NCBI GenBank assembly: GCA_037146835.1
Contig: JBAWWI010000002.1
Span: 4,302 to 68,301, forward strand
Source of the DNA: Actinomycetes bacterium
GTDB lineage: Bacteria > Actinomycetota > Acidimicrobiia > IMCC26256
Reading direction: 5' to 3'
DNA: 64,000 nt
Shown: positions 8,821 to 18,949 of the stretch, in pieces
Numbering within the stretch: the first letter of the stretch is position 1
How the letters are laid out: every line of letters begins with the position of its first letter
Notes under the pieces: generated by a model
The model's input: the letters and a program-made list of their open reading frames with translations, nothing else
The model's database searches: none
Told to the model about the DNA's origin: nothing
Position numbers and translations under genes: made by a program

Positions 8821-10563
8821 TTGAGTGCTCAATCAAAGCCGAGCATCCTGCGACGAGGCGCGCCTGGAGCTGCCATCTCGCTTGGGGTCTTGGTCGTCGG
8901 ATTCGTAATCCCGATGTGGATTGCCCGATCTCAGGGCGCCCTTGGGGTGGCGCGAGGTGATGACTGGTCGTACCTAGTAACCCTTTTTCGCTGGGTTGAT
9001 ACCGGGCGAATGGAGTTCAACAACTGGGTCTCAATGTCGCTCCTCGGGCAGCTGTGGATAGCGGCCCCAATCGCCGCTATATGGGGCCACGCCATCACTG
9101 TCGTTCAGACGCAGACGGCCATCCTTGGGTCGATTGGATTGTTATGTGTACTTTGGCTTGGCAGGAGACTCGGGCTCTCGTGGGGTCTCGCTGCTCTAGC
9201 CGCCCTGACCATTGCAGTGAGCCCACTGTGGATGGTGCTCTCCACCACATACATGACTGATGTCCCATCGTTCACCCTCTCTCTCGCCGCGCTTCTCATT
9301 GCAACCATTGCGCTTCAGCGGAGACCTGCGTCGATACCACTACTTCTGTTGGCGATTGCTGTGGCCGTCTACAGCGTGCTCATTCGGCAGTATGCGATCG
9401 TTCCATATATCGCCATCGTGATACCTGGGTTCGTATCAACAACGAACGCAAAGCGAAACCGGGCCACCATCGCTTTAGTTATTGGTTGCGCTATTTCCCT
9501 TGTGGCAATCATCATCTTCTTCATATGGTGGTCTCATGTTCCAGGTCCCAAGTCGATCGCTCCCACTCTCCCCAATGCTAAACATTTCAGAACAACTTTC
9601 ATCAAGGGAGCTGGATTTGTTCGCCTAAGCGGACTCTTGCTTGCACCTGTGTTGATTTACTGCGGCCCAATTCGGATCATCAAGCGCTCATACTCCTCGT
9701 CTAAATCGCTCTCGATAGCGATCGGCGTGGGTGCTGCTCTAGGCGAGGCGATAACCGCGACTCGGTATGTGAGTTCCCAGTTTGTCGGCAACTACATAAT
9801 CAAGGACGGCGCGCTCTCGATTGCGGTACTTCCGGGGAAGCGCCCGGATGTAATACCTGGGCCCTTGTGGAGTCTCTGCGTTCTGGTCTCATCAATCCTT
9901 GCTGTGGTGCTATTGATGGCGATTATTCCGCCGATAGTCGAGATGTGGAGCAAAATTAAGAACCGTCAATTATTTGACGTCGACCCGGTTACGAGCATGC
10001 TTAGTTTGACCATTTTTGGATTCTCCGCTGCATACACAATCGCAATGGTTACTGGAGTACAGGTCTACGACCGTTATGCGCTGCCAGCGATACCGATTAT
10101 TGCCATTCTGCTCCTAAGAGCAAGCGAACAGAGGGCTGGTCGCTCCAGGATTGCTCTCACCTCAGTTGCCCTCATTGCTCTTCTGCTCCTCGGCACCTCG
10201 TTCGCAATTGACTCCGCATCATTCGATGGCGGGAGATGGAGGCTTGCAAACCAGGTTGCAGCAGAGAACGGCTGGAGGCCCATTCTGGTCAATGGTGGAT
10301 TTGAGTGGGTCAATTTTCACCGAGGTAAGCGAGGAACTGTGGAGAGCCGGGCAAGCTTGGTAAAGATCCAAGCAGATGGATCCGTCATCAAAATAGGTAG
10401 ATTCTGTGCCAACCTTCGCGTCATGGATCCACATACAGACCGTGGTGATGCATTCGCTAGCCGAGTTCTAGGAATCAGGTCTTACAAGGGTCTGCTTCGC
10501 CCCGATGTAACGATTGTCGCTCTCCGATCGAATCGGGATTGCCCGCGGACCACGAACCCTTAG
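8821..10563 (+). CDS. GT-C fold (PMT/GT39-like) integral-membrane glycosyltransferase
   Basis: Acidic motif RGDDWSY in the first loop, TYMTDVP, RQY, many TM segments; TTG start with GGAGAG RBS. Confidence 0.7.
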   Translation: MSAQSKPSILRRGAPGAAISLGVLVVGFVIPMWIARSQGALGVARGDDWSYLVTLFRWVDTGRMEFNNWVSMSLLGQLWIAAPIAAIWGHAITVVQTQTAILGSIGLLCVLWLGRRLGLSWGLAALAALTIAVSPLWMVLSTTYMTDVPSFTLSLAALLIATIALQRRPASIPLLLLAIAVAVYSVLIRQYAIVPYIAIVIPGFVSTTNAKRNRATIALVIGCAISLVAIIIFFIWWSHVPGPKSIAPTLPNAKHFRTTFIKGAGFVRLSGLLLAPVLIYCGPIRIIKRSYSSSKSLSIAIGVGAALGEAITATRYVSSQFVGNYIIKDGALSIAVLPGKRPDVIPGPLWSLCVLVSSILAVVLLMAIIPPIVEMWSKIKNRQLFDVDPVTSMLSLTIFGFSAAYTIAMVTGVQVYDRYALPAIPIIAILLLRASEQRAGRSRIALTSVALIALLLLGTSFAIDSASFDGGRWRLANQVAAENGWRPILVNGGFEWVNFHRGKRGTVESRASLVKIQADGSVIKIGRFCANLRVMDPHTDRGDAFASRVLGIRSYKGLLRPDVTIVALRSNRDCPRTTNP

Positions 10564-10687
10564 ACGAATTCCGACCTAGCAACACTCCATATAAATAGTC
10601 ATCGAATCGGTTTCTGGACAATAGGTCCTCTAACAGGTCGTAGCATTGGCCGGCCTTGCAAAGATCAGGGGAGGGGCTGTAACAAAC

Positions 10688-11695
10688 ATGGACACAGAAA
10701 ACCAAACTCCACTGCCTCCTCGGGAAGCGGTCAGCCTCCTTGGAATTCTCGTTGTCTACTTCCTCAAAGACGACGGAGACCTCCCCCTCTTAGCTCTACA
10801 TCTCGACCGCATCGAGATGCATACCAAAGTTCCCTACACCCTGTATGCAGTGGCTAATCGAATCTCGAAGCTCGCGCAAAAAATGATCAGCGAGCGTCCT
10901 AACGTAAAAATTGTTGAGCCTCCACATACTGCATTGCGCGCAAGTCGCGAACATGGGTACTACCTAGACGCGATGCTCCCAATTGCGCTCGCAGATGGCG
11001 TGAGTCATATCTGTACACTCGATGTGGACTCGTTTCCAATAAGCGATACTTGGGTTGACGTATTACTTGAAGCCGCTCCAGAGGAGTCAGGGCTCTCGGG
11101 AGTCCTGCGCTCTGAGAATGGGGACGTCGCCTTACCTCACCCATCGTGCATATTGGCCCGCAGAGACTTTTTTGAGCGGTTTATGCCATCTTTTTCGCCT
11201 GATTCGGACTCGACACCAGGTTTTAGAACCTTCCTGCACAGCACTGGGCAGTCTGCAGATACTGGCATTCGACTTGGGTACATCCTCTGGCAAAACAAAA
11301 TGCCATGGGGTTATTTGATGCGCACAAATACGCGAAATCCACATTATTTGATAGCGGGCATCTACGGAGACGTCGTATTCCATTTAGGGAGCGCAGGGCG
11401 CGGAAACGTATTTCGTCAGGACTTCAATAATTCCATTCTGCACCGAATGAGCACACCTCTTGAGAAGATCCACACAGTTGGCCCGCGCAGCCAGACCCTA
11501 CAGCGAGCATTACTGCGCTTCGCTCGCAGAGATGTGGAGGAGCGAGTCATTACTAGAAATCGCGAAACGTTTCATTTATTACGGGAGCAACTAGTACTAA
11601 ATCCAGATGCCCTAATTGGATACCTACAGGGGACGCAACCGCTCGGAGCGAGCCCCGAATTGGCGAATATCGATAAACGGGAGTCTAAAATATGA
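10688..11695 (+). CDS. Atypical GT-A/GT2-like glycosyltransferase
   Basis: DxD-like TLDVDSF, EHGYYLD, PHPSC; GGAGGGG RBS before ATG 10688; pattern resembles 18946-19734. Confidence 0.5.
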   Translation: MDTENQTPLPPREAVSLLGILVVYFLKDDGDLPLLALHLDRIEMHTKVPYTLYAVANRISKLAQKMISERPNVKIVEPPHTALRASREHGYYLDAMLPIALADGVSHICTLDVDSFPISDTWVDVLLEAAPEESGLSGVLRSENGDVALPHPSCILARRDFFERFMPSFSPDSDSTPGFRTFLHSTGQSADTGIRLGYILWQNKMPWGYLMRTNTRNPHYLIAGIYGDVVFHLGSAGRGNVFRQDFNNSILHRMSTPLEKIHTVGPRSQTLQRALLRFARRDVEERVITRNRETFHLLREQLVLNPDALIGYLQGTQPLGASPELANIDKRESKI

Positions 11696-12429
11696 CACGT
11701 TGGCATGAGAGTCGAGCTCGAAATACGGCTTATCGGGCGATGATAAAGGCACGCGTTGAGGCTGAGAAGAAATTAGGCCCGACGCTCCCAGTCCGGCATC
11801 TGCTCGGAAAATTAAACAGGTCAAACCTCTCATGGCTTGCCGCTGTCTACGGATCAGACAAAGGAGCCGCATCGCACGGGTACGTCGACCATTATGAGCG
11901 TTACCTCAGCGCTCGGCGCTCCAGCGCTCGACGCGTGCTTGAGATCGGCATTTATCGTGGTGCTTCGCTCCAAATGTGGAGAGATTTCTTCCCGCGCGCC
12001 GAGATTTATGGCCTAGACATTGAAGAGATTAAGGTCTCCGGCTCACGGATTCACACTCTCCAAGGCGACCAGAGCGACGGGGAGCTTCTAGCAAGAATCG
12101 CTGCACTCGGTCCGTGGGATTTAATCATCGATGATGGAAGCCACAAGCAGTCGCACGTCCTAGCGACCTTCGCTGGCCTCTACGATTCGGTAGCGCCGGG
12201 CGGGTACTACGTGATTGAAGACATGCACACCTCCTATTGGCCCAACGGATACGAAGGCGGTCCCCCCGGAATGGACGGAACAAGCGTCTCCTTAATTCGT
12301 GGCCTGCTTGACGGCGTTAATCGTCGATACGCCATGCGCGATTATGCGGATATAGCGAATGCCTTAATTCCAATCGACGAAGTTCATCTTTTTGAGAAAA
12401 TCGCGTTTCTCAGAAAACCCAAGGCCTAA
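11692..12429 (+). CDS. Class I SAM methyltransferase, MycE-like sugar O-methyltransferase
   Basis: YGSDKG...HGY, VLEIGIYRGASL, GLDI, GDQSD, IIDDGSH, YVIED. Confidence 0.8.
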   Translation: MTRWHESRARNTAYRAMIKARVEAEKKLGPTLPVRHLLGKLNRSNLSWLAAVYGSDKGAASHGYVDHYERYLSARRSSARRVLEIGIYRGASLQMWRDFFPRAEIYGLDIEEIKVSGSRIHTLQGDQSDGELLARIAALGPWDLIIDDGSHKQSHVLATFAGLYDSVAPGGYYVIEDMHTSYWPNGYEGGPPGMDGTSVSLIRGLLDGVNRRYAMRDYADIANALIPIDEVHLFEKIAFLRKPKA

Positions 12430-12433
12430 CTCC

Positions 12434-13291
12434 GTGACCTCAGCGATTCCACAGATTCCAGACTCTCCGCCACCTGAGTGGCGCTATCGACGAGCACTCC
12501 GCGTTGGCGCTGCACTGCGCGAACTCGGGAGGTCGCGCCACATCATTAGCGGCTTGGTCGTACGCCAAGTACGGTCGCAATACAGCCAGCAGGTGTTAGG
12601 GCTCGCGTGGGCTGTACTAACCCCATTAGCGCAGATGCTGGTGTTCACGTTTCTCCTAAATCGAGTAGGTAACTCCACTTTTGGTACTGGCGGAGTACCG
12701 CGGCCTCTATTCCTATATGTCGGACTTACCGCATGGTCTTTCTTCTCGAGTTCAGTATCAAGTGCTGGGTCTAGCCTCGTCGGTAACCCGCTACTCAATA
12801 AGGTTTATGCCCCTCGAGAAGTGTTCCCACTCTCGATGGTCTGTTCGTCAGGGGTCGACGCGGTCGCGTCAACCGCCCTCCTCCCTCTTCTATTCCTTGC
12901 TGCGGGAAGGTGGCCGTCGAGCACGTTCTACTGGTTGCCACTGCTTGTGATTATTCTCGTTACAGCAACGGTTGCATTTGGCCTCGCCGTATCTGCAGTT
13001 ACCGTCTACGTCCGCGATCTGCGAAGTGGACTGCCTTTGATACTGCAGCTGGGGCTCTTTCTCACGCCGATTCTCTACCCAATTTCTCAAATTCCTGCAC
13101 AGTTTCGAGCATTGACAATGGCGATCAACCCAATTGCAGGTGTCGTTGACGGGATGCGCGCATGCCTCTTTTACAACCAAGCACCCAATGCAACCTACAC
13201 ACTCCTTGCCGCAGGATCATCGCTTCTTTACCTAGTTGGTGGTTTCCTATTGTTTAAGCGCCTAGAGACAGGATTCGCAGATGTCTCCTGA
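12434..13291 (+). CDS. wzm: ABC-2 polysaccharide exporter permease
   Basis: YSQQVLGLAWAVLTPL, VRDL, FLTPILYP, NP...VDGMR; about 6 TM; GTG start at 12434. Confidence 0.9.
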   Translation: MTSAIPQIPDSPPPEWRYRRALRVGAALRELGRSRHIISGLVVRQVRSQYSQQVLGLAWAVLTPLAQMLVFTFLLNRVGNSTFGTGGVPRPLFLYVGLTAWSFFSSSVSSAGSSLVGNPLLNKVYAPREVFPLSMVCSSGVDAVASTALLPLLFLAAGRWPSSTFYWLPLLVIILVTATVAFGLAVSAVTVYVRDLRSGLPLILQLGLFLTPILYPISQIPAQFRALTMAINPIAGVVDGMRACLFYNQAPNATYTLLAAGSSLLYLVGGFLLFKRLETGFADVS

Positions 13292-14474
13292 GGGCACCGT
13301 AACCATCGATCACGTTTGGAAACGTTTCCATAGCGACAAAGGTCGGCGGCTTCTGCGCGACCACGTTTCACGCCTTGGCCGCCGCGTTTCAGGTCGAGAG
13401 GGTGCAGATCAGTGGCGCTGGGTACTACGGGAGATTGATTTTAAGATCGAGCCTGGAGAGTCTGTCGGGTTTGTTGGCTCGAATGGAGCAGGTAAATCAA
13501 CTCTCCTAAAAATTATTTCAGGAGTCATGTTTCCTCACACAGGCAGGGTAGCTGTTGAGGGGCGCATTGGCGCTTTGATCGAGGTTGCAAGCGGCATACA
13601 CCCAGAACTAACCGGAAAGGAAAACATAAGCGTATTCGGGACGCTTCTGGGCCTAGGCAAGTCAGACTTGGCGCGTAAATATGACGAGATTGTTGCTTTC
13701 GCGGAACTCGAGGATGCCATTAACCGGCAGGTTAAGTTTTACTCGAGCGGAATGAAGACGCGACTTGGTTTTGCGATTGCGGCTTTTCTTGAGCCGAGTG
13801 TTCTTATTGTCGATGAGGTTCTCGCTGTAGGCGACCAGATGTTCCAGCAGAAATGTCTTGATCGAATGCGCACTGTTTTGCAGTCAGGCACAACGTTATT
13901 GCTCGTCTCTCACGACCTAGCGGCAGTTGGGGCTACTGCCAGCCGAGCAATCTGGCTGGCCGACGGCACCATGAAAGCGGACGGTCCTGTTGACGAAGTA
14001 CTTACCGGCTACCGAACTGCGATTGAGAAGGAAGCGGCATCGAAGATTGAGTTAGAGGGAGAAATTCGCATCTCGAACCTTGTTACCTCCGGAGGGGTCG
14101 GCGGAACCGTTACTACCGCTGGGGCATGTTCTGTGGGCTTCGACGTGACTGCGAAAAACCCTCAGCATGCGAACTTTTTTCTTGGCATAAGCCAAGGAGC
14201 CGCTACCCCGATTATTGCGGTGCGTAGAGATGGGATCCGCGTCTCCGAGGGAGAGACCCACGTTGCAGTCGACTTCGAAAATATTCCTCTCCCGTCGGGC
14301 GGATATTTCTTGTGGTTTGCAGCCTTTGAGGTGCAGACGGGTAGAGAGATAACACCGTGGCAACCCATTGGTCCTCTACTCGTAGAAGGCGGAAGGTTGC
14401 TAGACCCAACCCCGAAAGCCATTGTTCGACTCTCACCAGTTTTCGTTGAGGCCCAATGGACAGTCAGTGACTGA
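13281..14474 (+). CDS. wzt: ABC polysaccharide exporter ATPase with C-terminal carbohydrate-binding (Wzt_C-like) domain
   Basis: Walker A GSNGAGKST, Wzt signature YSSGM, IVDEVLAVGD; about 150-aa beta-rich C-terminal extension. Confidence 0.92.
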   Translation: MSPEGTVTIDHVWKRFHSDKGRRLLRDHVSRLGRRVSGREGADQWRWVLREIDFKIEPGESVGFVGSNGAGKSTLLKIISGVMFPHTGRVAVEGRIGALIEVASGIHPELTGKENISVFGTLLGLGKSDLARKYDEIVAFAELEDAINRQVKFYSSGMKTRLGFAIAAFLEPSVLIVDEVLAVGDQMFQQKCLDRMRTVLQSGTTLLLVSHDLAAVGATASRAIWLADGTMKADGPVDEVLTGYRTAIEKEAASKIELEGEIRISNLVTSGGVGGTVTTAGACSVGFDVTAKNPQHANFFLGISQGAATPIIAVRRDGIRVSEGETHVAVDFENIPLPSGGYFLWFAAFEVQTGREITPWQPIGPLLVEGGRLLDPTPKAIVRLSPVFVEAQWTVSD

Positions 14475-15432
14475 GGTCCCCAAATTGGCCCAGGCTGAAA
14501 ACCAAGCGCCGAACAACCCTCTCGTCTCGATCATTGTCCCTGCTTTTAACGCGCAGGAGTACTTAGCAGAGACCATTGAGTCGGCCCTTGCACAGACTTA
14601 TCGCCCCTTGGAGATAATTGTTATTGATGATGGGTCAACTGATGAAACTGTCAAAATCGCTCGCTGTTACGGGGACCCAGTTACCGTCATTGAGCAAGAA
14701 AACTGCGGGCCAGCAGGGGCACGCAATACAGGTTTCGCAGCTGCACGCGGTGCAATCATCGCCCTTCTTGATGCGGACGATCAGTGGATGCCGAGTCGAT
14801 TAGAGCGATGCGTTAAAGCACTGCAGTCTGATCCCCAGATTGGATTTGTGACTACCGATGCGTTCCTTATCGAGGCAGATCAGCGGACGAGCAAGCGTTA
14901 CTACGGCGGCTACCAGCGCTACCCATTCCCTGATCGCTCAAACCAGCTTCAGGAGATCGCGAAAAGAAACTTCGTCTTTGTCTCAGCAGTATTCGATCGC
15001 AGGCTATTGGACCTTGTTGGCGGGCGACTCAACGAACAACTCTTGGGGACGGAGGACTACGACCTTTGGACGCGTTTTGTACTCGCGGGCGCAGCAGCGG
15101 AGTTAATTCCGGAGCCACTTGCCTGGTACCGAATCCGCTCCGACAGCGTCAGCCGGGCACGCCAGCGCCAATGGAAGGCCCACCTAACTGTTCTAGAGCA
15201 ACACCTACCTACCCTCTGGTTGCTTGGAGCACACGGCCGCCCACAGGATGCCTACGATATTGGTATCTCGTTATCTCGCAGCGGCGAGCGGAGAATGGCG
15301 ACTTGGTTCCTCTTCCACGCTTTAACGGACCCCGGGGCAAACATTTTTCAACGAGCACGGTTTCTCCTACGCGGAGGCGCCGCATTGGTAGCGGGCCAAA
15401 GCAGGTGGGTAGAGACAAGGGACCCAGCATGA
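14467..15432 (+). CDS. GT2 glycosyltransferase
   Basis: VSIIVPAFNA, IDDGSTD, GPAGARN, LDADD, EDYDLW; GTG 14467 overlaps the wzt stop. Confidence 0.9.
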   Translation: MTEVPKLAQAENQAPNNPLVSIIVPAFNAQEYLAETIESALAQTYRPLEIIVIDDGSTDETVKIARCYGDPVTVIEQENCGPAGARNTGFAAARGAIIALLDADDQWMPSRLERCVKALQSDPQIGFVTTDAFLIEADQRTSKRYYGGYQRYPFPDRSNQLQEIAKRNFVFVSAVFDRRLLDLVGGRLNEQLLGTEDYDLWTRFVLAGAAAELIPEPLAWYRIRSDSVSRARQRQWKAHLTVLEQHLPTLWLLGAHGRPQDAYDIGISLSRSGERRMATWFLFHALTDPGANIFQRARFLLRGGAALVAGQSRWVETRDPA

Positions 15433-15442
15433 GTGCACCGAC

Positions 15443-16432
15443 GTGAGCGCATCTAAAGGTCTCGTGCTACTCGTCGGTGCGCCGCGCTCAGGTACCACTT
15501 GGCTGCAGCAATTACTCGGCGCTCACCCGTTGATTGCGACCCCGCAGGAGACCGATGTCTTCAGCAGATTTCTGCAGCCTTTATACGACTCATGGATCCG
15601 AGAGACCCGTGGCGGCGAGGAAGCGATTGTGAAACGCCGCTTTAAAGGTCTACATAGCGTGCTCACCGAGAGCGAATTCACCGCAATCGGTAGGGGCATT
15701 ATTAATGAAGTAGTTGCCAATGCTGCGGGGCTCAAGCCGGGTTCCGAGATTGTTGTTGAGAAAACTCCAGCCCACAGCCGCTGCTCGAGTTCGATCTCCC
15801 TCTTCGCCCCCGACGCGAAGATCGTTCATCTAATTCGCGACGGGCGCGATGTTGCTAGTTCGCTGGTTGCCGCTGGCAATAGTTGGGGCGGATGGTGGGC
15901 GCCAAAGACCATCACGCGCGCGAGCGAAGTATGGAGTGAGCACATAGAAGGTGCGCGCGACTTCGCAGGTATGGATGGCTACCTTGAGGTGCGGTACGAA
16001 GATCTTCGAACAGACGGCGCATCGACGCTCGAGCGGGTATTCGCCCACATCGGAGTAGCGGCCACGATCGAGGAATGCGAGTTACTAATCCAAGCGTTTG
16101 CCTTAGACAAAATGGCCCTAGGCGAGTCCTCCATAGTCATCGGGGGCGAATTCGCCTCAGCCGCTAGTGAGCGCAGAGAGCCAGAGGGATTTTTCGGCAA
16201 AGGTGGTAGCGGGTCTTGGCGCACCCAATGGGGCACCAGGGAACTCCTAGCCTTTGAGAACTCCGCGGGGAACCTCCTTATAGATCTCGGATATGAAGTC
16301 TCGAGTGGCTGGGCTGGAACTTCCTCTCAGTTACAGCGCTTTAAGCGAGAACGCCTCAGGAGCGAGCGCTCACGAATGCGCCTAGATCGCTTTGTGGCTG
16401 GATTGAATCGCCTTAGGCGAAAACAGCCTTAG
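15443..16432 (+). CDS. Sulfotransferase (PAPS-dependent)
   Basis: 5'-PSB loop GAPRSGTTW, EKTP, 3'-PB motif IRDGRDVASS, VRYEDL. Confidence 0.88.
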   Translation: MSASKGLVLLVGAPRSGTTWLQQLLGAHPLIATPQETDVFSRFLQPLYDSWIRETRGGEEAIVKRRFKGLHSVLTESEFTAIGRGIINEVVANAAGLKPGSEIVVEKTPAHSRCSSSISLFAPDAKIVHLIRDGRDVASSLVAAGNSWGGWWAPKTITRASEVWSEHIEGARDFAGMDGYLEVRYEDLRTDGASTLERVFAHIGVAATIEECELLIQAFALDKMALGESSIVIGGEFASAASERREPEGFFGKGGSGSWRTQWGTRELLAFENSAGNLLIDLGYEVSSGWAGTSSQLQRFKRERLRSERSRMRLDRFVAGLNRLRRKQP

Positions 16433-16521
16433 TAAAAATTAGCCTCAAACGGTACTGCTACTCCCTGATATCGGCGATGATCTAGCCCTTACATAAGAGA
16501 AACTGGCTTGGAGGAATACAG

Positions 16522-17244
16522 ATGAATCGGTGGCAATTCTACGGGAGTCGAATCCGCGGGTCTATAGCAAGAACCTTGAACTCCGCATCTGATGCGATCG
16601 CGCCCTCGCGGTCAAGGACTGAATTGCGCCGGAAAGTTGGAGGCCTCTGGGATGAGATGGGGATGCTTCAAATTAATTTTCTCATCGAGCAGGGACTGAC
16701 CCCCGAGTCCTACTTTCTCGATGTCGGCTGTGGGGTCCTACGAGCTGGGCACCATCTCGTCCGTCACCTAGACAAGGGTCATTACTGCGGCGTCGACATT
16801 GATGAAGACATGATCGCCGGCGGTATCGACCAACTAAAAGAGGACGGCCTTGATAACAAGGGTGCACGCCTTAGGGTGACGACTACTTTTGATGTTGATT
16901 TTGGTGAGAAATTTGACGCTGGTATAGCGCAATCGGTGTTTACTCACCTCCCGATCAATTCCATTTGGCACTGCTTATCAAGCGTGAGCGAAGTGCTAGC
17001 TCCTGGTGGCGTGTTCTATGCAACATTCTTCCGTGGACCAGAGGGACCCGAGAGATTCACTCCGATCCAGCAACCATGCCTTGAGGGGCGCGTCTCAGTT
17101 CGAACTTTTGCAGATGAGAATCCGTACCATTACTCGCCTAAAGACTTCGCACGCATGTGCGAGAACCTTCCATTAGCGATAGAGGACATCGGAGACTGGG
17201 GGCACCCTCGTGGGCAGCAAATGATGGCGTTTAAACGGATCTGA
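16522..17244 (+). CDS. Class I SAM methyltransferase
   Basis: FLDVGCG, GVDID, AQSVFTHL, LAPGGVFYATF; GGAGG RBS. Confidence 0.85.
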   Translation: MNRWQFYGSRIRGSIARTLNSASDAIAPSRSRTELRRKVGGLWDEMGMLQINFLIEQGLTPESYFLDVGCGVLRAGHHLVRHLDKGHYCGVDIDEDMIAGGIDQLKEDGLDNKGARLRVTTTFDVDFGEKFDAGIAQSVFTHLPINSIWHCLSSVSEVLAPGGVFYATFFRGPEGPERFTPIQQPCLEGRVSVRTFADENPYHYSPKDFARMCENLPLAIEDIGDWGHPRGQQMMAFKRI

Positions 17245-17246
17245 AG

Positions 17247-18212
17247 ATGACGTCAATCGTAATTCTCGGGATGCATCGAAGTGGCACCTCCGCGATTACG
17301 CGCGCACTTAACTTGCTCGGCGCAGAGCTCGGCCCCACAGAAGATGTTGGTCAATATTGGGAACGAGCGGCAATGCGTCTGCAATGCGACGCTCTGCTTG
17401 CGAAGTTTGGCGGAGCATGGGATTGCCCAGGCCTCATGCCCGATTCCTGGGAAACCGATGAAAGCGTTGCTGAGGTTGAGCCTGGCGCTGCATCTGCCAT
17501 TGCAGAGTATGGATCCCCCGAGGTGCTGCTCTGGAAAGATCCGCGCGCATCTTTGACTCTTCCGTTTTGGCGCAAGTATCTAGGCGATGATCCGATCGCA
17601 ATAATCATCTACCGGCACCCTGAAGAGGTCTGGGCGTCTTTAGATACTCGCAATGGATTTGGCCCTGGGCTCTCATTCGCGCTCTGGGAGCGTTATAACT
17701 CTGATGCGCTGCGCTACGCCAGCGGTTTACGAACAGTTGTATTCGCATACTCCGATTTAATACAGAAGCAGTCAGAGATCATGACTGAACTGGCAGCCAC
17801 TCTAGGGAGATGGGGAGTCTCGCTCAAAGATCCAGCGACCACCGATATGGAGTTGCGCGCAGATCAGCAGCACCACCACGCGACCAAGCATTTTTCACAT
17901 TTAAGTGCCACAACATCGCAGCGAGAACTCTTCGATATTCTTGAAGCATCTCGAGGGGTGCATGCTTCATTCTCGCCTCCGAGAGCGATGGATCCATCGC
18001 CTTTAAGCCTCGAAATCATCGCGATGCGAAAACAGTTTCGCGAGAGTCGCCGAGAACTCTGGAGGGCGCAGAGCAACTATCGCAGCCTCTCTGGATCGCG
18101 CCGAAAACTGCTCTCGCTTCTCATTAGGCCCTACCGCTCGGCAAAAGAGCCTCTAACCCCAAGCAAAGACGATGCCGTTAGCCCTGTGCGACGAGAAGCA
18201 TCATCGGCATGA
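17247..18212 (+). CDS. Sulfotransferase-family protein with a short charged C-terminal helix
   Basis: LGMHRSGTS, WKDPR, YRHPEEVWASL, LWERYN. Confidence 0.82.
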   Translation: MTSIVILGMHRSGTSAITRALNLLGAELGPTEDVGQYWERAAMRLQCDALLAKFGGAWDCPGLMPDSWETDESVAEVEPGAASAIAEYGSPEVLLWKDPRASLTLPFWRKYLGDDPIAIIIYRHPEEVWASLDTRNGFGPGLSFALWERYNSDALRYASGLRTVVFAYSDLIQKQSEIMTELAATLGRWGVSLKDPATTDMELRADQQHHHATKHFSHLSATTSQRELFDILEASRGVHASFSPPRAMDPSPLSLEIIAMRKQFRESRRELWRAQSNYRSLSGSRRKLLSLLIRPYRSAKEPLTPSKDDAVSPVRREASSA

Positions 18213-18949
18213 CCACTAGCAGCAATTCCAGAGAACCGAAGATAGTAATCACGGGTACCGGGCGTTCTGGCACCACACTGCTAGTTCAAATTCTTACCGA
18301 TCTAGGGCTTGATACCGGCTTCAGCTCAGATGCCCCCATTGACAAGACCACACACGCAGGGTTAGAGACGGGACTTGATTCTCCAAGTGCTCCTCGCATT
18401 GTAAAGAGCCCCAATTTAAGCCGTCGTCTCGATGCGATACTCGCAGATGGGAACGTCGCTGTCGAGCATGTGATTATTCCAATGCGAGACCTTGCAGTTG
18501 CCTCAGCGAGTCGCGTCCGTGCAACAAAGTACGGCTCCAATCTCCATGCAATGGGTGGGCTCTTTGGCACCACCAACGCAGTAAAGCAGCAAGAAAGCCT
18601 TGCCCTCCTTAATTACAAGTTGATGTTTACACTCGCCAAGTACGACATCCCTCACACTCTCCTATTGTTCCCGAGATTCGCGAGCGACTGGAACTACCTC
18701 TACTCGCACCTCTCGTTCCTTGACCCATCCATTCCACCGGAGGCTTGGCAAGCCGCTGTAGCCGCTCGAGTTCGCCCCGAGTTAATTCACGAGACGCCAC
18801 TTACCCGCACAGAGCAGTTCGCTACACGCCTTGGTTCGTCATACAACAAAATGATTGGGCGGCCGATGAGAGGGGTTCGGAAAGCCCTTACTGGACAGCT
18901 AAGGCAGAGCCGCAAATCACCAGATTCATTACACCCGAAACCTGAGTGA
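18209..18949 (+). CDS. Sulfotransferase-like P-loop protein
   Basis: TGTGRSGTT, IVKSP, IPMRDLAVASAS; ATGA-coupled. Confidence 0.65.
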   Translation: MTTSSNSREPKIVITGTGRSGTTLLVQILTDLGLDTGFSSDAPIDKTTHAGLETGLDSPSAPRIVKSPNLSRRLDAILADGNVAVEHVIIPMRDLAVASASRVRATKYGSNLHAMGGLFGTTNAVKQQESLALLNYKLMFTLAKYDIPHTLLLFPRFASDWNYLYSHLSFLDPSIPPEAWQAAVAARVRPELIHETPLTRTEQFATRLGSSYNKMIGRPMRGVRKALTGQLRQSRKSPDSLHPKPE

